64,000 nucleotides of DNA from Candidatus Binatia bacterium (GTDB lineage: Bacteria; Desulfobacterota; Binatia; UBA12015), in the NCBI GenBank assembly GCA_029243485.1, contig JAQWRY010000021.1, forward strand, positions 118,531-182,530, in the 5' to 3' direction. The position numbers were made by a program, and so were the translations under genes. Positions 37,583 through 46,978 of the stretch are shown piece after piece. How positions within the stretch are numbered: position 1 is the stretch's first letter; each line of letters starts with the position of its first letter. The notes beneath the pieces are model-generated. The model searched no databases. It saw only the letters and a list, made by a program, of their open reading frames with translations, and was not told the origin of the DNA.

Positions 37583-38539
37583 TTAGCCGAGCGACGCGAG
37601 CCACTCGTCGTCCGAACCCTCCTCGATGTCGTCGAAGAGGTAGGTCGAGAGATACCGCTCGCCAGTGTCCGGCAGCATCGTCAGGATGGTCGAGCCCTCC
37701 GGGGCGGTATCGGCGACCTTGAGCGCCGTTGCGAACGTCGCACCGGCGGAGAGCCCGACGAAGATCCCTTCTTCGCAGGCGAGCCGACGCGCCATGGCCT
37801 TGCCCTCTTCATCGGTGACCGTATGCAGCTCGTCGAAGATCTCGCGGTTGAGAACATCCGGCACGAAGTCCGGCGTCCAACCCTGGATCTTGTGAGGCAT
37901 CCACTCTCCCCCAGCCAGCAGAGCCGCGGCCGCCGGTTCGGTCGCAATGATCTTCACGCCGTGCCGCGCCGCCTTGAGGATCTCGCCTACACCGGTGAGC
38001 GTCCCGCCCGTGCCCCAACCCGTGACCCAGTAGTCCAAGCGACGATTCGCAAAGTCGCTCAGGATCTCCGGCCCGGTCGTGCTTCGGTGATACGCGGGAT
38101 TCGCCGGGTTCTTGAACTGCCGAGCCAGGAACCAGCCGTGCTTCGCCGCGAGTTCCTCCGCCTTCTTCACCATTCCAGTGCCCTTCGCGGCCGCCGGAGT
38201 GAGGATCACACGCGCGCCAAGGCCGCGCATGATCTTGCGCCTCTCGATCGAGAACGACTCCGCCATCGTCGCGACGAACGGATAGCCCTTCGCGGCACAC
38301 ACCATCGCGAGCGCGATGCCCGTGTTGCCCGAGGTCGCCTCGACCACGGTCTGGCCGGGGGCAATGGCACCGCGCTCTTCGGCGTCGAGCATGATTGCGA
38401 GCGCGAGCCGATCCTTCACCGATCCCATCGGATTGAAGGACTCGACCTTCACGAACATGTCGACGCCCTTCGGCGCGAGCCGGTTGATTCTGACCACCGG
38501 CGTGCGGCCGATCGTATCCAAGATGCTGTCGTAAATCAT
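37583..38539 (-). CDS. cysK: cysteine synthase A (O-acetylserine sulfhydrylase)
   Basis: MIYDSILDTIGRTPVVRINRLAPKGVDMFVKVESFNPMGSVKDRLALAIM...ATSGNTGIALA; 318 aa; TAA stop. Confidence 0.9.
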   Translation of the reverse strand: MIYDSILDTIGRTPVVRINRLAPKGVDMFVKVESFNPMGSVKDRLALAIMLDAEERGAIAPGQTVVEATSGNTGIALAMVCAAKGYPFVATMAESFSIERRKIMRGLGARVILTPAAAKGTGMVKKAEELAAKHGWFLARQFKNPANPAYHRSTTGPEILSDFANRRLDYWVTGWGTGGTLTGVGEILKAARHGVKIIATEPAAAALLAGGEWMPHKIQGWTPDFVPDVLNREIFDELHTVTDEEGKAMARRLACEEGIFVGLSAGATFATALKVADTAPEGSTILTMLPDTGERYLSTYLFDDIEEGSDDEWLASLG

Positions 38540-38637
38540 AGATTGCTCCCGCGACTAGATAAGAGGTAGCCTGCCTCTCGCAGCGCAGGTTGGCAAGAGC
38601 CGACGCTGCGGCCCAACCGGCACCGCGGTAGCTCTAG

Positions 38638-39105
38638 GCCATCGCTACTCATGCAGCGTTCGAGAAGAGCAACGTCGCCGTAGTGAACGGCACGGCCGAC
38701 GGGATTGGCCTGGCGGCATGCAAACGATTCGCCGAGCTCGGCATCAAGGTCTGCATGACCGACATCAACGAGGAAAAACTCCAGAGCCCTGCGGAAGCCA
38801 AGATCCTGCCCGTGGTGGGGGGTAGCGCTGCGAACCTCCTGCGGGCCCTCGTCGACGTCTCCGACCGCGCGCAGCTCGAGGCGCTCTGCACACAGGTGTA
38901 CGACCGCTTCGGACAGGTCGTCGATCTCATGTTCGAGCGGATCGCGGCGGAACGATTTTACATCCTATGCCCGGACAACGACGTGACCGCGGAGGTCGAC
39001 AACAAGCGAATACAGTGGGGGATCGACGACCTCATCGAGGATAGGCCTGCGCTTTCCCGCTGGCATCCGAAATGGAAGGACACGTTCGAGCGGTTCATGT
39101 CGTGA
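38638..39105 (+). pseudogene. short-chain dehydrogenase remnant (in-frame internal deletion, no usable start)
   Basis: The frame is open from 38638: AAFEKSNVAVVNGTADGIGLAACKRFAELGIKVCMTDINEEKL...VDVSDRAQLEALCTQVYDRFGQVVDLMF. It then jumps to a C-terminal tail, ERIAAERFYILCPDN.... The catalytic S-Y-K region is missing. The nearby ATG (38651) is out of frame. Confidence 0.5.
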
Positions 39106-39220
39106 CCGACGGCGTAGCGGGCGTCCACCTCGGAAAGCTCGCGCACAATTCCTCCCCACCGGGCCCCGTGAACTTTCGTTGATCTACTGCGCCGCTCCAC
39201 ATCTGTGATACGCCACGGGC

Positions 39221-40264
39221 ATGGCCCCCCACGAAGTTCTCGAGCTTTCTCACGATCCGAAGCCGCGGCCACAGTGGCCCGCACGGCGCGGCCCCAGTCC
39301 CTACGACTTCGCGAAGATCGGCTTTGCCCTCTTCGGACTCCCGCGCAACGCGTTCGGCTCCATCGACGTGACCAACCGCTGCAATCTCCGGTGCACGCAC
39401 TGCTACTACTACGCTGGCGACGACAGCTCCTTGCCGCCCGAACTGAGCGCAGACGAATGGGTCGAGCATCTCGAAGAGCTCAAGCGCTCGTCGGGCCTGA
39501 AGCTGCCGTTCTTCAACGCCACGTGGGTCGGCGGCGACCCGCTCGTCCGGCGGGACGTCATCGAACGTTGCAAGCCGTTCTTCAAGTACAACACGATCGT
39601 CACCAACGGCACGATGCCGCTCCCCGACTGGCCGGACGTGAATTGGTACGTGTCTGTCGACGGCGACGAGCGGGCGCACGAGGCGATGCGCGATCCGCAG
39701 GGGCACTACCGAAAGAACGGCGGGCGAGGCATCTACCACCGCGTGCGCGAGAACGTACGCGCCAACCAGCACCTGCGGATCACTATCTGCTGCGTCATCA
39801 CCCGCGAGAACGTCTCTTCGATCGAGAGTGTCGTCCGCGATTGGTACGAGGCCGGAGCCCGCAACATCACGTTCGACTTTTTTACGCCGATCAAAGGCCT
39901 TGCGAACGCGGACCTGTGGCTGAACCCACAAGAGCGTGACGATGCGATCGACAAGCTCCTCGCGCTCCGCGAGATTTACGGCGACTTCTTCGTGATTCCC
40001 GAGCGTGCTCTCCGCCTCATGCGATCCGAGCACTGCATGGACGTCACGACGAATTGCCTCCTGCGCGACCGCTCGTTCAGCCTCAATGCGAGCGGCAAGA
40101 CCAAGGGCAAGTGCGTGATGGGCAACAACGCGGACTGCGACCGCTGTGGGTGCATCGCACCGTTCTATCTCCGCTCGCTGACACACCGCCCGATGATCCT
40201 CGAGGACCTCGGACGTTCGGCACTCCGCTCCCTGCGGGCCGCGATGACCCTGGCGTCGAACTAG
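39221..40264 (+). CDS. radical SAM protein with Cys-rich C-terminal (DUF3463/HpnH-like) extension
   Basis: 347-aa ORF. IDVTNRCNLRCTHCYY is the CxxxCxxC motif. WVGGDPLVRRD, TNGT. C-terminal KGKCVMGNNADCDRCGCIAPFY. Confidence 0.8.
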   Translation: MAPHEVLELSHDPKPRPQWPARRGPSPYDFAKIGFALFGLPRNAFGSIDVTNRCNLRCTHCYYYAGDDSSLPPELSADEWVEHLEELKRSSGLKLPFFNATWVGGDPLVRRDVIERCKPFFKYNTIVTNGTMPLPDWPDVNWYVSVDGDERAHEAMRDPQGHYRKNGGRGIYHRVRENVRANQHLRITICCVITRENVSSIESVVRDWYEAGARNITFDFFTPIKGLANADLWLNPQERDDAIDKLLALREIYGDFFVIPERALRLMRSEHCMDVTTNCLLRDRSFSLNASGKTKGKCVMGNNADCDRCGCIAPFYLRSLTHRPMILEDLGRSALRSLRAAMTLASN

Positions 40265-42853
40265 TCAACGCACGGCCGCTGGGATCCGGTTCAGCGTGTA
40301 CCAGGCTTCTGTGGTCCACAAAGAGTCGCCACTCTCGCTCCGGATCTCATCCGGGTCCGCTCGGAGGTGGACGACGGAACCCGGCCGGAGTCCCGGAATC
40401 TCGAGACGAACGCGACGGCGGTCCTCCGAGACCTGCACCGAAGTCACCTCGAGGGTTTCTAGATTCACCTTCGGTCCGCCATACGCTGCCGTCGGCTCGT
40501 AACTCCAATGCCGGATGCGATACGCGCTCTCGTCCTCACCCGCCCCCTCGGCCAACGGCTCGGTCCACTCGACTTCGAAGCCAGCGGGAAGGGCACGCAT
40601 CGCGAGCATCTCGAATGTCGACTCTCCGTTGTACGCGAGCCGCTCCAATCCGAACCACTGGCCGCCACTGTGGCTCCAATTCCCCGGATTCCCGATGCCT
40701 CCGACGTAGAGCTTCCCATCGGGCCCCCACCGAAGTCGGTTCACTCCCGCTTGGAGTCCCTGACTGAAGCGGAAGACCGCGCCCTGATACGCACCGTCGA
40801 CTCTCTCGGCGAACACCCGCTTGATTCCACCATGGGTCACGTCGCCGTGGATCATCTGTCCGCGGTACGGACCCAGATCGAGAGGTACCGGCTCGGTCGG
40901 GGAGTTGCCGATGTCATCCTGGGGAAGCCAGACGACAGGCGGCGTCTCGATCCGATCGGCATCCCCCTCGGGATCGACGTCGCGAAAGCCGTAGAAGGCG
41001 TCCCGCTGAACGTGCACGATCTTGCTCGCCGGAAGCCAAGCGCCCTGGTTGTCGGCCACGAACAGCTCACCGTCGATGCCTGTACCGATACCGTTGGGCG
41101 TTCGGAGTCCCCGAGCGAGACGTTCCGCGTTCCCGTCCATGGAGATCCGGATGACAGCCCCACGATCGACGGGCTGTGAGGGAGCCGAATCGCCGCCGGG
41201 AACGACGCCCGAAGAGAGGGTCGCGACGAAACCGTCGGGTTCGGCGACGAGACCGAACGCGAACTCGTGAAAGTTGCCGGAGGATTCCCAATCATTGGAG
41301 ACCGTTTGGTACTCGTCGGTCACGCCATCACCGTCGTTGTCCACCAGACGCGTGAGCTCGTGCTTCTGCAGAACGTAGATCTTGTCGTCCACGACCCGAA
41401 GCCCGAGGGGCTCGGCGAGCCCCCAGGCGATTCGGCGAACCCGCGCATCGCCTGCGTCGTCTCCGCCCAATCCAGAGATCCGGTAGACCGCTCCCTGGGT
41501 GTCCCAGGTCGAGATCACGAGGTCACCGTTCGAGAGGAAGTCCATCCCGCCCACCTTCGGCTCGAAGTCGCGCACCCGGATCTCCTCGCGATCGAAACTC
41601 GGATGAAGCCCCTCGAGCGGCTCACGATCTCCCGGCTGCTTCCCGCTCGGTTCGAACCACCCGCCGACGGTACTGCCGAACCAGTCGGCGATTAGCCCGG
41701 GCCCATGCGTAACCGCGAGCACCCAGAGCGATGGCTGCGTGCCTTCCGTGAGGCGCTCGCCCGCAGCGCGCCGCGCGGCCGCGTCGTTCCCATCCAGTGC
41801 GAGAATGAACGTGACGAGGTCCTCCGCCTCGACCGGATCGAGGAAGTCGTTCGCGGGCATGACGGTCTCACCCCACACCCCACTTCCACCGCTGCGAACC
41901 TTGGCCCCGAGACGCTCAATCGTCTCGTCGTCGGCGTCGTACTTCTCGGCGATCTCGACGAACGGGGGGCCGACCGTCCGCGCCTCCGTCGCGTGACACG
42001 ACGGACACCCACTCGCCTCGAGCTTCTGCCAACCGGCATCGATCTCCGGAACCGCGCTCGCCTCAATGCGGGGCTCGCCGAACCGAGCACGCAGCACCGT
42101 GTCGGCGTTCGAGGCGAGGACGAGACGCGCACGGAAGTCAGCCCCACTGTCGGCCCGCACGTCCTGAAGGGCACCATCGGTCTGCGGGGACTCTCGCAGG
42201 GAGTCCAATTCCACGAGGTACTCGACCGTGACCTCGGACGGGACATCGGATGTGTGAAAGCGCCACTCGATCGCCGGGCCATCACCCGAGAGTCGCGCGA
42301 TGCGCTCCTCGACGGGAATCACGACGCCGTCGTGTTCCAGGTCCGAGGACACGATAAATGCGCCGCTATCTTCGCGATGCCCGCGAAACCGAACCTTCGG
42401 CCGCACGAGCTCACCGGACACACGAAGCCTCCAGGGTGTTCGCCCCGCGCGAAGGACGTAGGCCGGCCCGGTCGCACGCGGCTGCGGGCCGTGTCGATAG
42501 TCGTAGACCGCTCCTTCCAACTCGACGCCATCGCGCCAGACTTTGTAGAGCGAGGACGTCTTCGCGTCATACGCCGCCCACACGCCGCCACCGAGATCCA
42601 GAGTCAGCATGCGGGGTCGGCCGTCGAGGACGGAACGAAACGCCGGGGGCATCACGTGGGTCGACGGGAGCGACCGTTCCGTCTGGATCGCTGCGCACGA
42701 GGAGATCAGAACCGCGATTGCGATCGTCGCGAAGGAAGACGAGCGGCTTCTCACTGTGCGGCCTCGATAGGCTCGCAGTGCGTCGCCACGAAGATACTCT
42801 CGCCCATCTTCTCGTCGAGCGTCATCGCTCAGGAGTACCTCGATTTGCGACAT
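40265..42853 (-). CDS. lipoprotein-like c-type cytochrome fused to glucose/sorbosone-dehydrogenase-type beta-propeller
   Basis: ATG 42853 inside ORF 40265..43018. IAIAVLISSCAA lipobox-like segment. Heme motif CPSCH followed by ...VRSGGSGVWGETVMPAN. Propeller-like NGDLVISTWDTQGAVYRI, DDKIYVLQKHELTRLVDNDGDGVTDEY, ELFVADNQGAWLP. Confidence 0.7.
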   Translation of the reverse strand: MSQIEVLLSDDARREDGREYLRGDALRAYRGRTVRSRSSSFATIAIAVLISSCAAIQTERSLPSTHVMPPAFRSVLDGRPRMLTLDLGGGVWAAYDAKTSSLYKVWRDGVELEGAVYDYRHGPQPRATGPAYVLRAGRTPWRLRVSGELVRPKVRFRGHREDSGAFIVSSDLEHDGVVIPVEERIARLSGDGPAIEWRFHTSDVPSEVTVEYLVELDSLRESPQTDGALQDVRADSGADFRARLVLASNADTVLRARFGEPRIEASAVPEIDAGWQKLEASGCPSCHATEARTVGPPFVEIAEKYDADDETIERLGAKVRSGGSGVWGETVMPANDFLDPVEAEDLVTFILALDGNDAAARRAAGERLTEGTQPSLWVLAVTHGPGLIADWFGSTVGGWFEPSGKQPGDREPLEGLHPSFDREEIRVRDFEPKVGGMDFLSNGDLVISTWDTQGAVYRISGLGGDDAGDARVRRIAWGLAEPLGLRVVDDKIYVLQKHELTRLVDNDGDGVTDEYQTVSNDWESSGNFHEFAFGLVAEPDGFVATLSSGVVPGGDSAPSQPVDRGAVIRISMDGNAERLARGLRTPNGIGTGIDGELFVADNQGAWLPASKIVHVQRDAFYGFRDVDPEGDADRIETPPVVWLPQDDIGNSPTEPVPLDLGPYRGQMIHGDVTHGGIKRVFAERVDGAYQGAVFRFSQGLQAGVNRLRWGPDGKLYVGGIGNPGNWSHSGGQWFGLERLAYNGESTFEMLAMRALPAGFEVEWTEPLAEGAGEDESAYRIRHWSYEPTAAYGGPKVNLETLEVTSVQVSEDRRRVRLEIPGLRPGSVVHLRADPDEIRSESGDSLWTTEAWYTLNRIPAAVR

Positions 42854-43247
42854 CCCCCTGCCTCTCTTAGCACCGCTGTGGCAGCGGCGAACCGGCACCC
42901 TGATCGAAAACGGTGCTACCCACCAGCGAGCGAGTTCACGATCGTAACCACGTCGCCAGCATCGAGCGGACGATCCAGCGCCGCGCGACCGCGGGCGCCA
43001 TCCTCGTTCAGGAAACAAAGAACGTGGCGGAGCGCGGCGCCAGGCAGCCGAGGAACGTGCTGCCGAGCATCTCGGTACCGGAGAGATCGACGATGAGACG
43101 AGCGTCCGGGCCCTTATCCATCAGACGACAGACCACCCGCTTGAACGCCGGACTCTCGCCCACTCGTCGCTTCCTAGACTATCGGGGGGACTTCAACGTC
43201 GCTTGAAAGCCTACGCAGTGCTCCATCGAGGTCATCTCGGGGCGGCC

Positions 43248-43451
43248 TTAGATCGTCGGAATATGCATGCGCATGATGCCGGCGTCACGGATCTCCTGAA
43301 CGACCTCCGCGGGGAGCTGCCGCAGTCGATCGTACTCCGAAGCGAGGTCCTTCTCGCGGCCCCCCAAGACGAGTGCGCGCGCGTTCCGCAGGATGTCGCT
43401 CGCCGAGAGATACGACCCCGCTCGCGGCTTCATTTCGTTCGACGCGCTCAT
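43248..43451 (-). pseudogene. acyl-CoA dehydrogenase-family N-terminal remnant ending in an in-frame TAA
   Basis: MSASNEM...ASDILRNARALVLGGREKDLASEYDRLRQLPAEVVQEIRDAGIMRMHIPTI*GRPEMTSMEHCVGF... Homology continues a few codons past the TAA (43248..43250) and then stops. Confidence 0.4.
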
Positions 43452-43470
43452 CGATCGGTACTCCTCGGGG

Positions 43471-44319
43471 TCAAACCGCAGTCGCGAGTCGCGGCGTGAA
43501 ATCGGCTCGTCGCGCGACATCTCGGCACGCTCGAACCAGAGTGGGCGCAAACACGTTGGCCTTCGCGATGCAGGCGGCGTGGTTGCCGTGGACTTCGAAC
43601 GCGGACGCGTTCGGGATCGAAGCCGCGAGCTTACGTTGGCGCGCCGGGGGCACCAGCTCGTCCTTGGTCGTGACGATCACCGACGTCGGCACGTCGACCC
43701 GACCGATCCAGTCATGCGACGAGAACCGCGCAACGGCGCCCGCCGCTTGGATCACGGTCGACGGTTCGTGCCCCGACAGCTCGGAGACGATCCGCTCGCG
43801 CAGCTGCGGATGTTCGACCCGCGCCAGCATCCGCGCGAGAAAGCGATCCTGCGCCGCACCCGGAACGAGTCGAGCTATCATCGCGGCCGACGCAAGAACC
43901 ATCCGCGCCCCGCGGGCCAGCTTACGGGTCATGAAGTGACGTGCGGTTGCACAAAGCACCAGTCCGGCAACGTGCTCCGGGTGCCGGTGCCACGTGAGCG
44001 AGGCAATCGGCCCGCCCATCGAGTAACCGACGGCGAGAAAGCGCCCGAGGTCCAGCTGCTCCGCAATCAGAACCGCGTCGTCTGCACAGTCCGCTAGGCG
44101 GAAACGAGACGTGCGTAGGCCCTGGCCGTGGCCGCGATGATCGACGCATACTACGCGGAAGTGCTCGGAAAGCGGGCGGAGACACGGCCCCCAGTTGAGG
44201 CGACCCGTCGCGCCGAGCCCATGAAGCAGTACGACCGCTGGGGCGCCCGCGGGTCCGGGGATGTCGCGTACCTGCGTTCGGCCACGCCCCGGGAGTTCGA
44301 TCTCTCTGTCGATCGACAT
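43471..44319 (-). CDS. alpha/beta-fold hydrolase
   Basis: 282 aa. VVLLHGLGATGRLNW, nucleophile elbow GYSMGG, C-terminal ...EVHGNHAACIA (catalytic His region). Confidence 0.8.
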   Translation of the reverse strand: MSIDREIELPGRGRTQVRDIPGPAGAPAVVLLHGLGATGRLNWGPCLRPLSEHFRVVCVDHRGHGQGLRTSRFRLADCADDAVLIAEQLDLGRFLAVGYSMGGPIASLTWHRHPEHVAGLVLCATARHFMTRKLARGARMVLASAAMIARLVPGAAQDRFLARMLARVEHPQLRERIVSELSGHEPSTVIQAAGAVARFSSHDWIGRVDVPTSVIVTTKDELVPPARQRKLAASIPNASAFEVHGNHAACIAKANVFAPTLVRACRDVARRADFTPRLATAV

Positions 44320-44375
44320 GACGTTCTTGTGCCACCCCGCAGGAGCCCCCGCCAGTCGGCAATCGAACGCGTGCC

Positions 44376-45386
44376 TCAGCCCACCGGACTGCGTCGCTTG
44401 TCACCCAAAGCGTTCGGGGAGTCGAGCCATACGTCGGCTGCGCCCACGATCCCGAGTTCCTCGCGAACGTCGACGATCGGGCGCTCGAACGCCGCCCAGT
44501 AGTCCCAGCCGTCCATCAGATCCCGAGTCATCACGGCTCCGCACGCCAAACCCTGCATCATGAGGTCCGGATCCATCTGCCCTCGTGCGGCCCGAATATC
44601 GAGCGGCGGATCGAGCATGATGCCGAGATGAAATGCCGCGATGCCATCGAGGAGAACCTCACTCGCGTGACGTCCGGCGTAGCCCGCAGTGAATGCGCCG
44701 ACAGCGATCTCCCCGGCGGGATCCGTGTTAAAGCCGCCGAGCAGGTGAGAGGCGTCGTGCACGGTAAAGAGGGCTTCCGGGTAGGCGCCCTTCTCGCCCG
44801 GGAGGAGAAACCCACGCGTTTCGTAGAACTGAAAGTAGGACTTTCCCAACGTTCCGTCGGGTAGCTTCTCCAGCGCGCGGAATCGGCTTGCGACCGCCTC
44901 GTCCCCACGCGTCTCCAGGTACGCGTCGACGACCGCCTTCAGCGTACCGAGAATACCGTCGCCAGGCAGGAAGCCGGCCGCCAACAGCTTTCGACCGTAG
45001 TCCAGCTTCAACCGGAGGATCTGGCCGTCACGAAGTCGGCGCATGTTCGTCACCGCGTCGGATGCGATTCCAAACTCGGCCGCGTACCGGTCGACCACAC
45101 AAGCCCGCGCCGCTTCGACTTCCATCTCGATGTAGACGGCCAGCGTCAGAAACAGCAACGCCCGCGCCCGCTCGTCCTGTTGCGACAGAGCATTTGCGAG
45201 CGCGCGGGGTGAGACCTCCGGAAGGCGAGGCGGTACTCCCTCGAGGCCGAAGACGTGTCGCGCCGTGGCGTCGAGGAGAGTCTTGTCGAGTTCGCTCGGA
45301 GGATGCTCATCCTCGAGCCACATCACCTGCGCCATCGCAGCCAAGACGAGAAGCTGCTGCTCGCGGTTCCACACGACGACTTCCAT
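44376..45386 (-). CDS. Coq4-family-like protein with unknown N-terminal domain
   Basis: ATG 45386 inside ORF 44376..45551. VHDASHLLGGFNTDPAGEI fits the Coq4 Zn-ligand pattern HDxxH-x11-E. The N-terminal 150 or so aa are unrecognised. Confidence 0.55.
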   Translation of the reverse strand: MEVVVWNREQQLLVLAAMAQVMWLEDEHPPSELDKTLLDATARHVFGLEGVPPRLPEVSPRALANALSQQDERARALLFLTLAVYIEMEVEAARACVVDRYAAEFGIASDAVTNMRRLRDGQILRLKLDYGRKLLAAGFLPGDGILGTLKAVVDAYLETRGDEAVASRFRALEKLPDGTLGKSYFQFYETRGFLLPGEKGAYPEALFTVHDASHLLGGFNTDPAGEIAVGAFTAGYAGRHASEVLLDGIAAFHLGIMLDPPLDIRAARGQMDPDLMMQGLACGAVMTRDLMDGWDYWAAFERPIVDVREELGIVGAADVWLDSPNALGDKRRSPVG

Positions 45387-45466
45387 GACGGCATCTAAGG
45401 CCCTACTCCTAGGCCACGCAAATTCGGGCGCTTCCCCTCCGAGCGGGCCTCCGGTACCTCCCCGAG

Positions 45467-46159
45467 ATGGATGTCGCCTCGAAGTCGCGCCTGCTTCTGA
45501 TCGAAGGCATCGTCGGCTCGGGCAAATCGTCCACCGCAAAGGAGCTGGCACGGCGGCTGCACAAGAACGGGCGCCCGGCTCGGTGGGTCCGCGAGGAAGC
45601 GGCGGACCACCCTGTCACTGCGAAGTCTGAAGACCGACCCGAGCCGATCGTGACCCGGATCGAGTGGTGGCTACGGCATTGGACCAACATCGCGGCGCGA
45701 AACGACGATATGGATCTCGTACTCGAAGGCACCGCGTTTCAGAGCACGGTCCGCATGCTGTTCGCGGAACGGGTGCCGCGGTCCCGGATCGACGAGTACG
45801 TGGATCAGTTCATCGTAGCCCTACGGCCAGCGGACGCGCGGATGATCTACCTGCGCCGCCTCCACCCAGAACGAGATTTGCGGGAACGGGTTCTTCCGCT
45901 ACGAGGAGAAGATTGGACAGCGCGCGTCGCCCGATACTGTGAATCGACGCCGATCGGTCGCGGCCGTGGGTGGCGCGGCGCCGACGGGCTCGTTGCGTTC
46001 TGGTGCGAGTACCGGGCGCTCTGTGACGAACTGGTCGACCGGATGGACATCCCCGCCCTCTCGATCGATCCCACCGGCCGCGCGTGGAGCGCGATCCACG
46101 ATGAGATCGAGGCATGGGTGCTGCAGAGCCGTGACGAGATCTCGAGCCTCACCGCTTGA
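45467..46159 (+). CDS. P-loop NTPase / kinase-like protein
   Basis: 230 aa. LLLIEGIVGSGKSSTAKELARRL is a Walker A motif. No further family assignment is possible by eye. Confidence 0.55.
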   Translation: MDVASKSRLLLIEGIVGSGKSSTAKELARRLHKNGRPARWVREEAADHPVTAKSEDRPEPIVTRIEWWLRHWTNIAARNDDMDLVLEGTAFQSTVRMLFAERVPRSRIDEYVDQFIVALRPADARMIYLRRLHPERDLRERVLPLRGEDWTARVARYCESTPIGRGRGWRGADGLVAFWCEYRALCDELVDRMDIPALSIDPTGRAWSAIHDEIEAWVLQSRDEISSLTA

Positions 46160-46163
46160 GTAC

Positions 46164-46919
46164 TCAGATCGGTCGGACCGGCGAAGCCGGATCGTAGAAC
46201 GAGTAGAGCTTCACGAGCTCCGCGATCTGCCGCTTCGACGCGTTCAGCGTCTCGGCGTTCACGTTGAATATCTGTCCGGCCATCTCGGCTGCGTGTTCCA
46301 ACGCGAAGACGTAACCGGCGGCGCAATCCTCGACGTGCAAGAACGTTCGGCGAGAGTCCCCCGCAAACAGAACGACAGTGCCTTCCTGGACCGCCTTCTG
46401 CACGAAGTCGTGGATCAGAAGTCCAGTCCGCATCCGCGGACTCACGCCGAAGATGGTCGGCCAGCGCAACGAGATCGACTGCTCGTGCGAAAGGAAGACC
46501 TGCTCGGCCTGGAGCTTCGCCACGCCGTAGTGACTGACCGGACAGACCTCCGTCTCCTCGCTGCTCACACCACCGCCCGCGCCATACAGGGACGTGGTCG
46601 ACGCATACACGAGCAACTGCTCCTTCGAGAGGGCGCGGCAGATCTCGCGCGTCGCGGTCACGTTGATGCTGTCAGTGACGTACGTACCTCGATTCCAGAA
46701 TGCGTTCGCGAGTAGGTTGAAGGCGTTGTTCGCCCACTTCCCCCAACGCAGGAACTCGGCGCCCTCTTCGTTGACCGCGGTCTCCATCATCCGAGAGGCG
46801 ATGACCATCGCCGTGTCGGTGATGTACGTGCGTTCGTCGACGTCGCGGAAGACCGGGGTGAAAATCGAAACGGCACCCATCGGGAGACCCAAGTTACCGA
46901 ACCCACGCAGGATCCGCAC
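46164..46919 (-). CDS. NAD-dependent epimerase/dehydratase-family (extended SDR) protein
   Basis: YASTTSLYG...SHYGVAKLQAE (YxxxK), RRTFLHVEDCA. The N-terminal glycine motif is degenerate (ILRGFGNLG). I place the start at in-frame GTG 46919; the ORF extends to 46991. Confidence 0.6.
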   Translation of the reverse strand: MRILRGFGNLGLPMGAVSIFTPVFRDVDERTYITDTAMVIASRMMETAVNEEGAEFLRWGKWANNAFNLLANAFWNRGTYVTDSINVTATREICRALSKEQLLVYASTTSLYGAGGGVSSEETEVCPVSHYGVAKLQAEQVFLSHEQSISLRWPTIFGVSPRMRTGLLIHDFVQKAVQEGTVVLFAGDSRRTFLHVEDCAAGYVFALEHAAEMAGQIFNVNAETLNASKRQIAELVKLYSFYDPASPVRPI

Positions 46920-46978
46920 GAGGCGGCACCCGGCTCTACCCCCTTGAAGACCTCGGGCCGAATTCGCATCATCCACCC

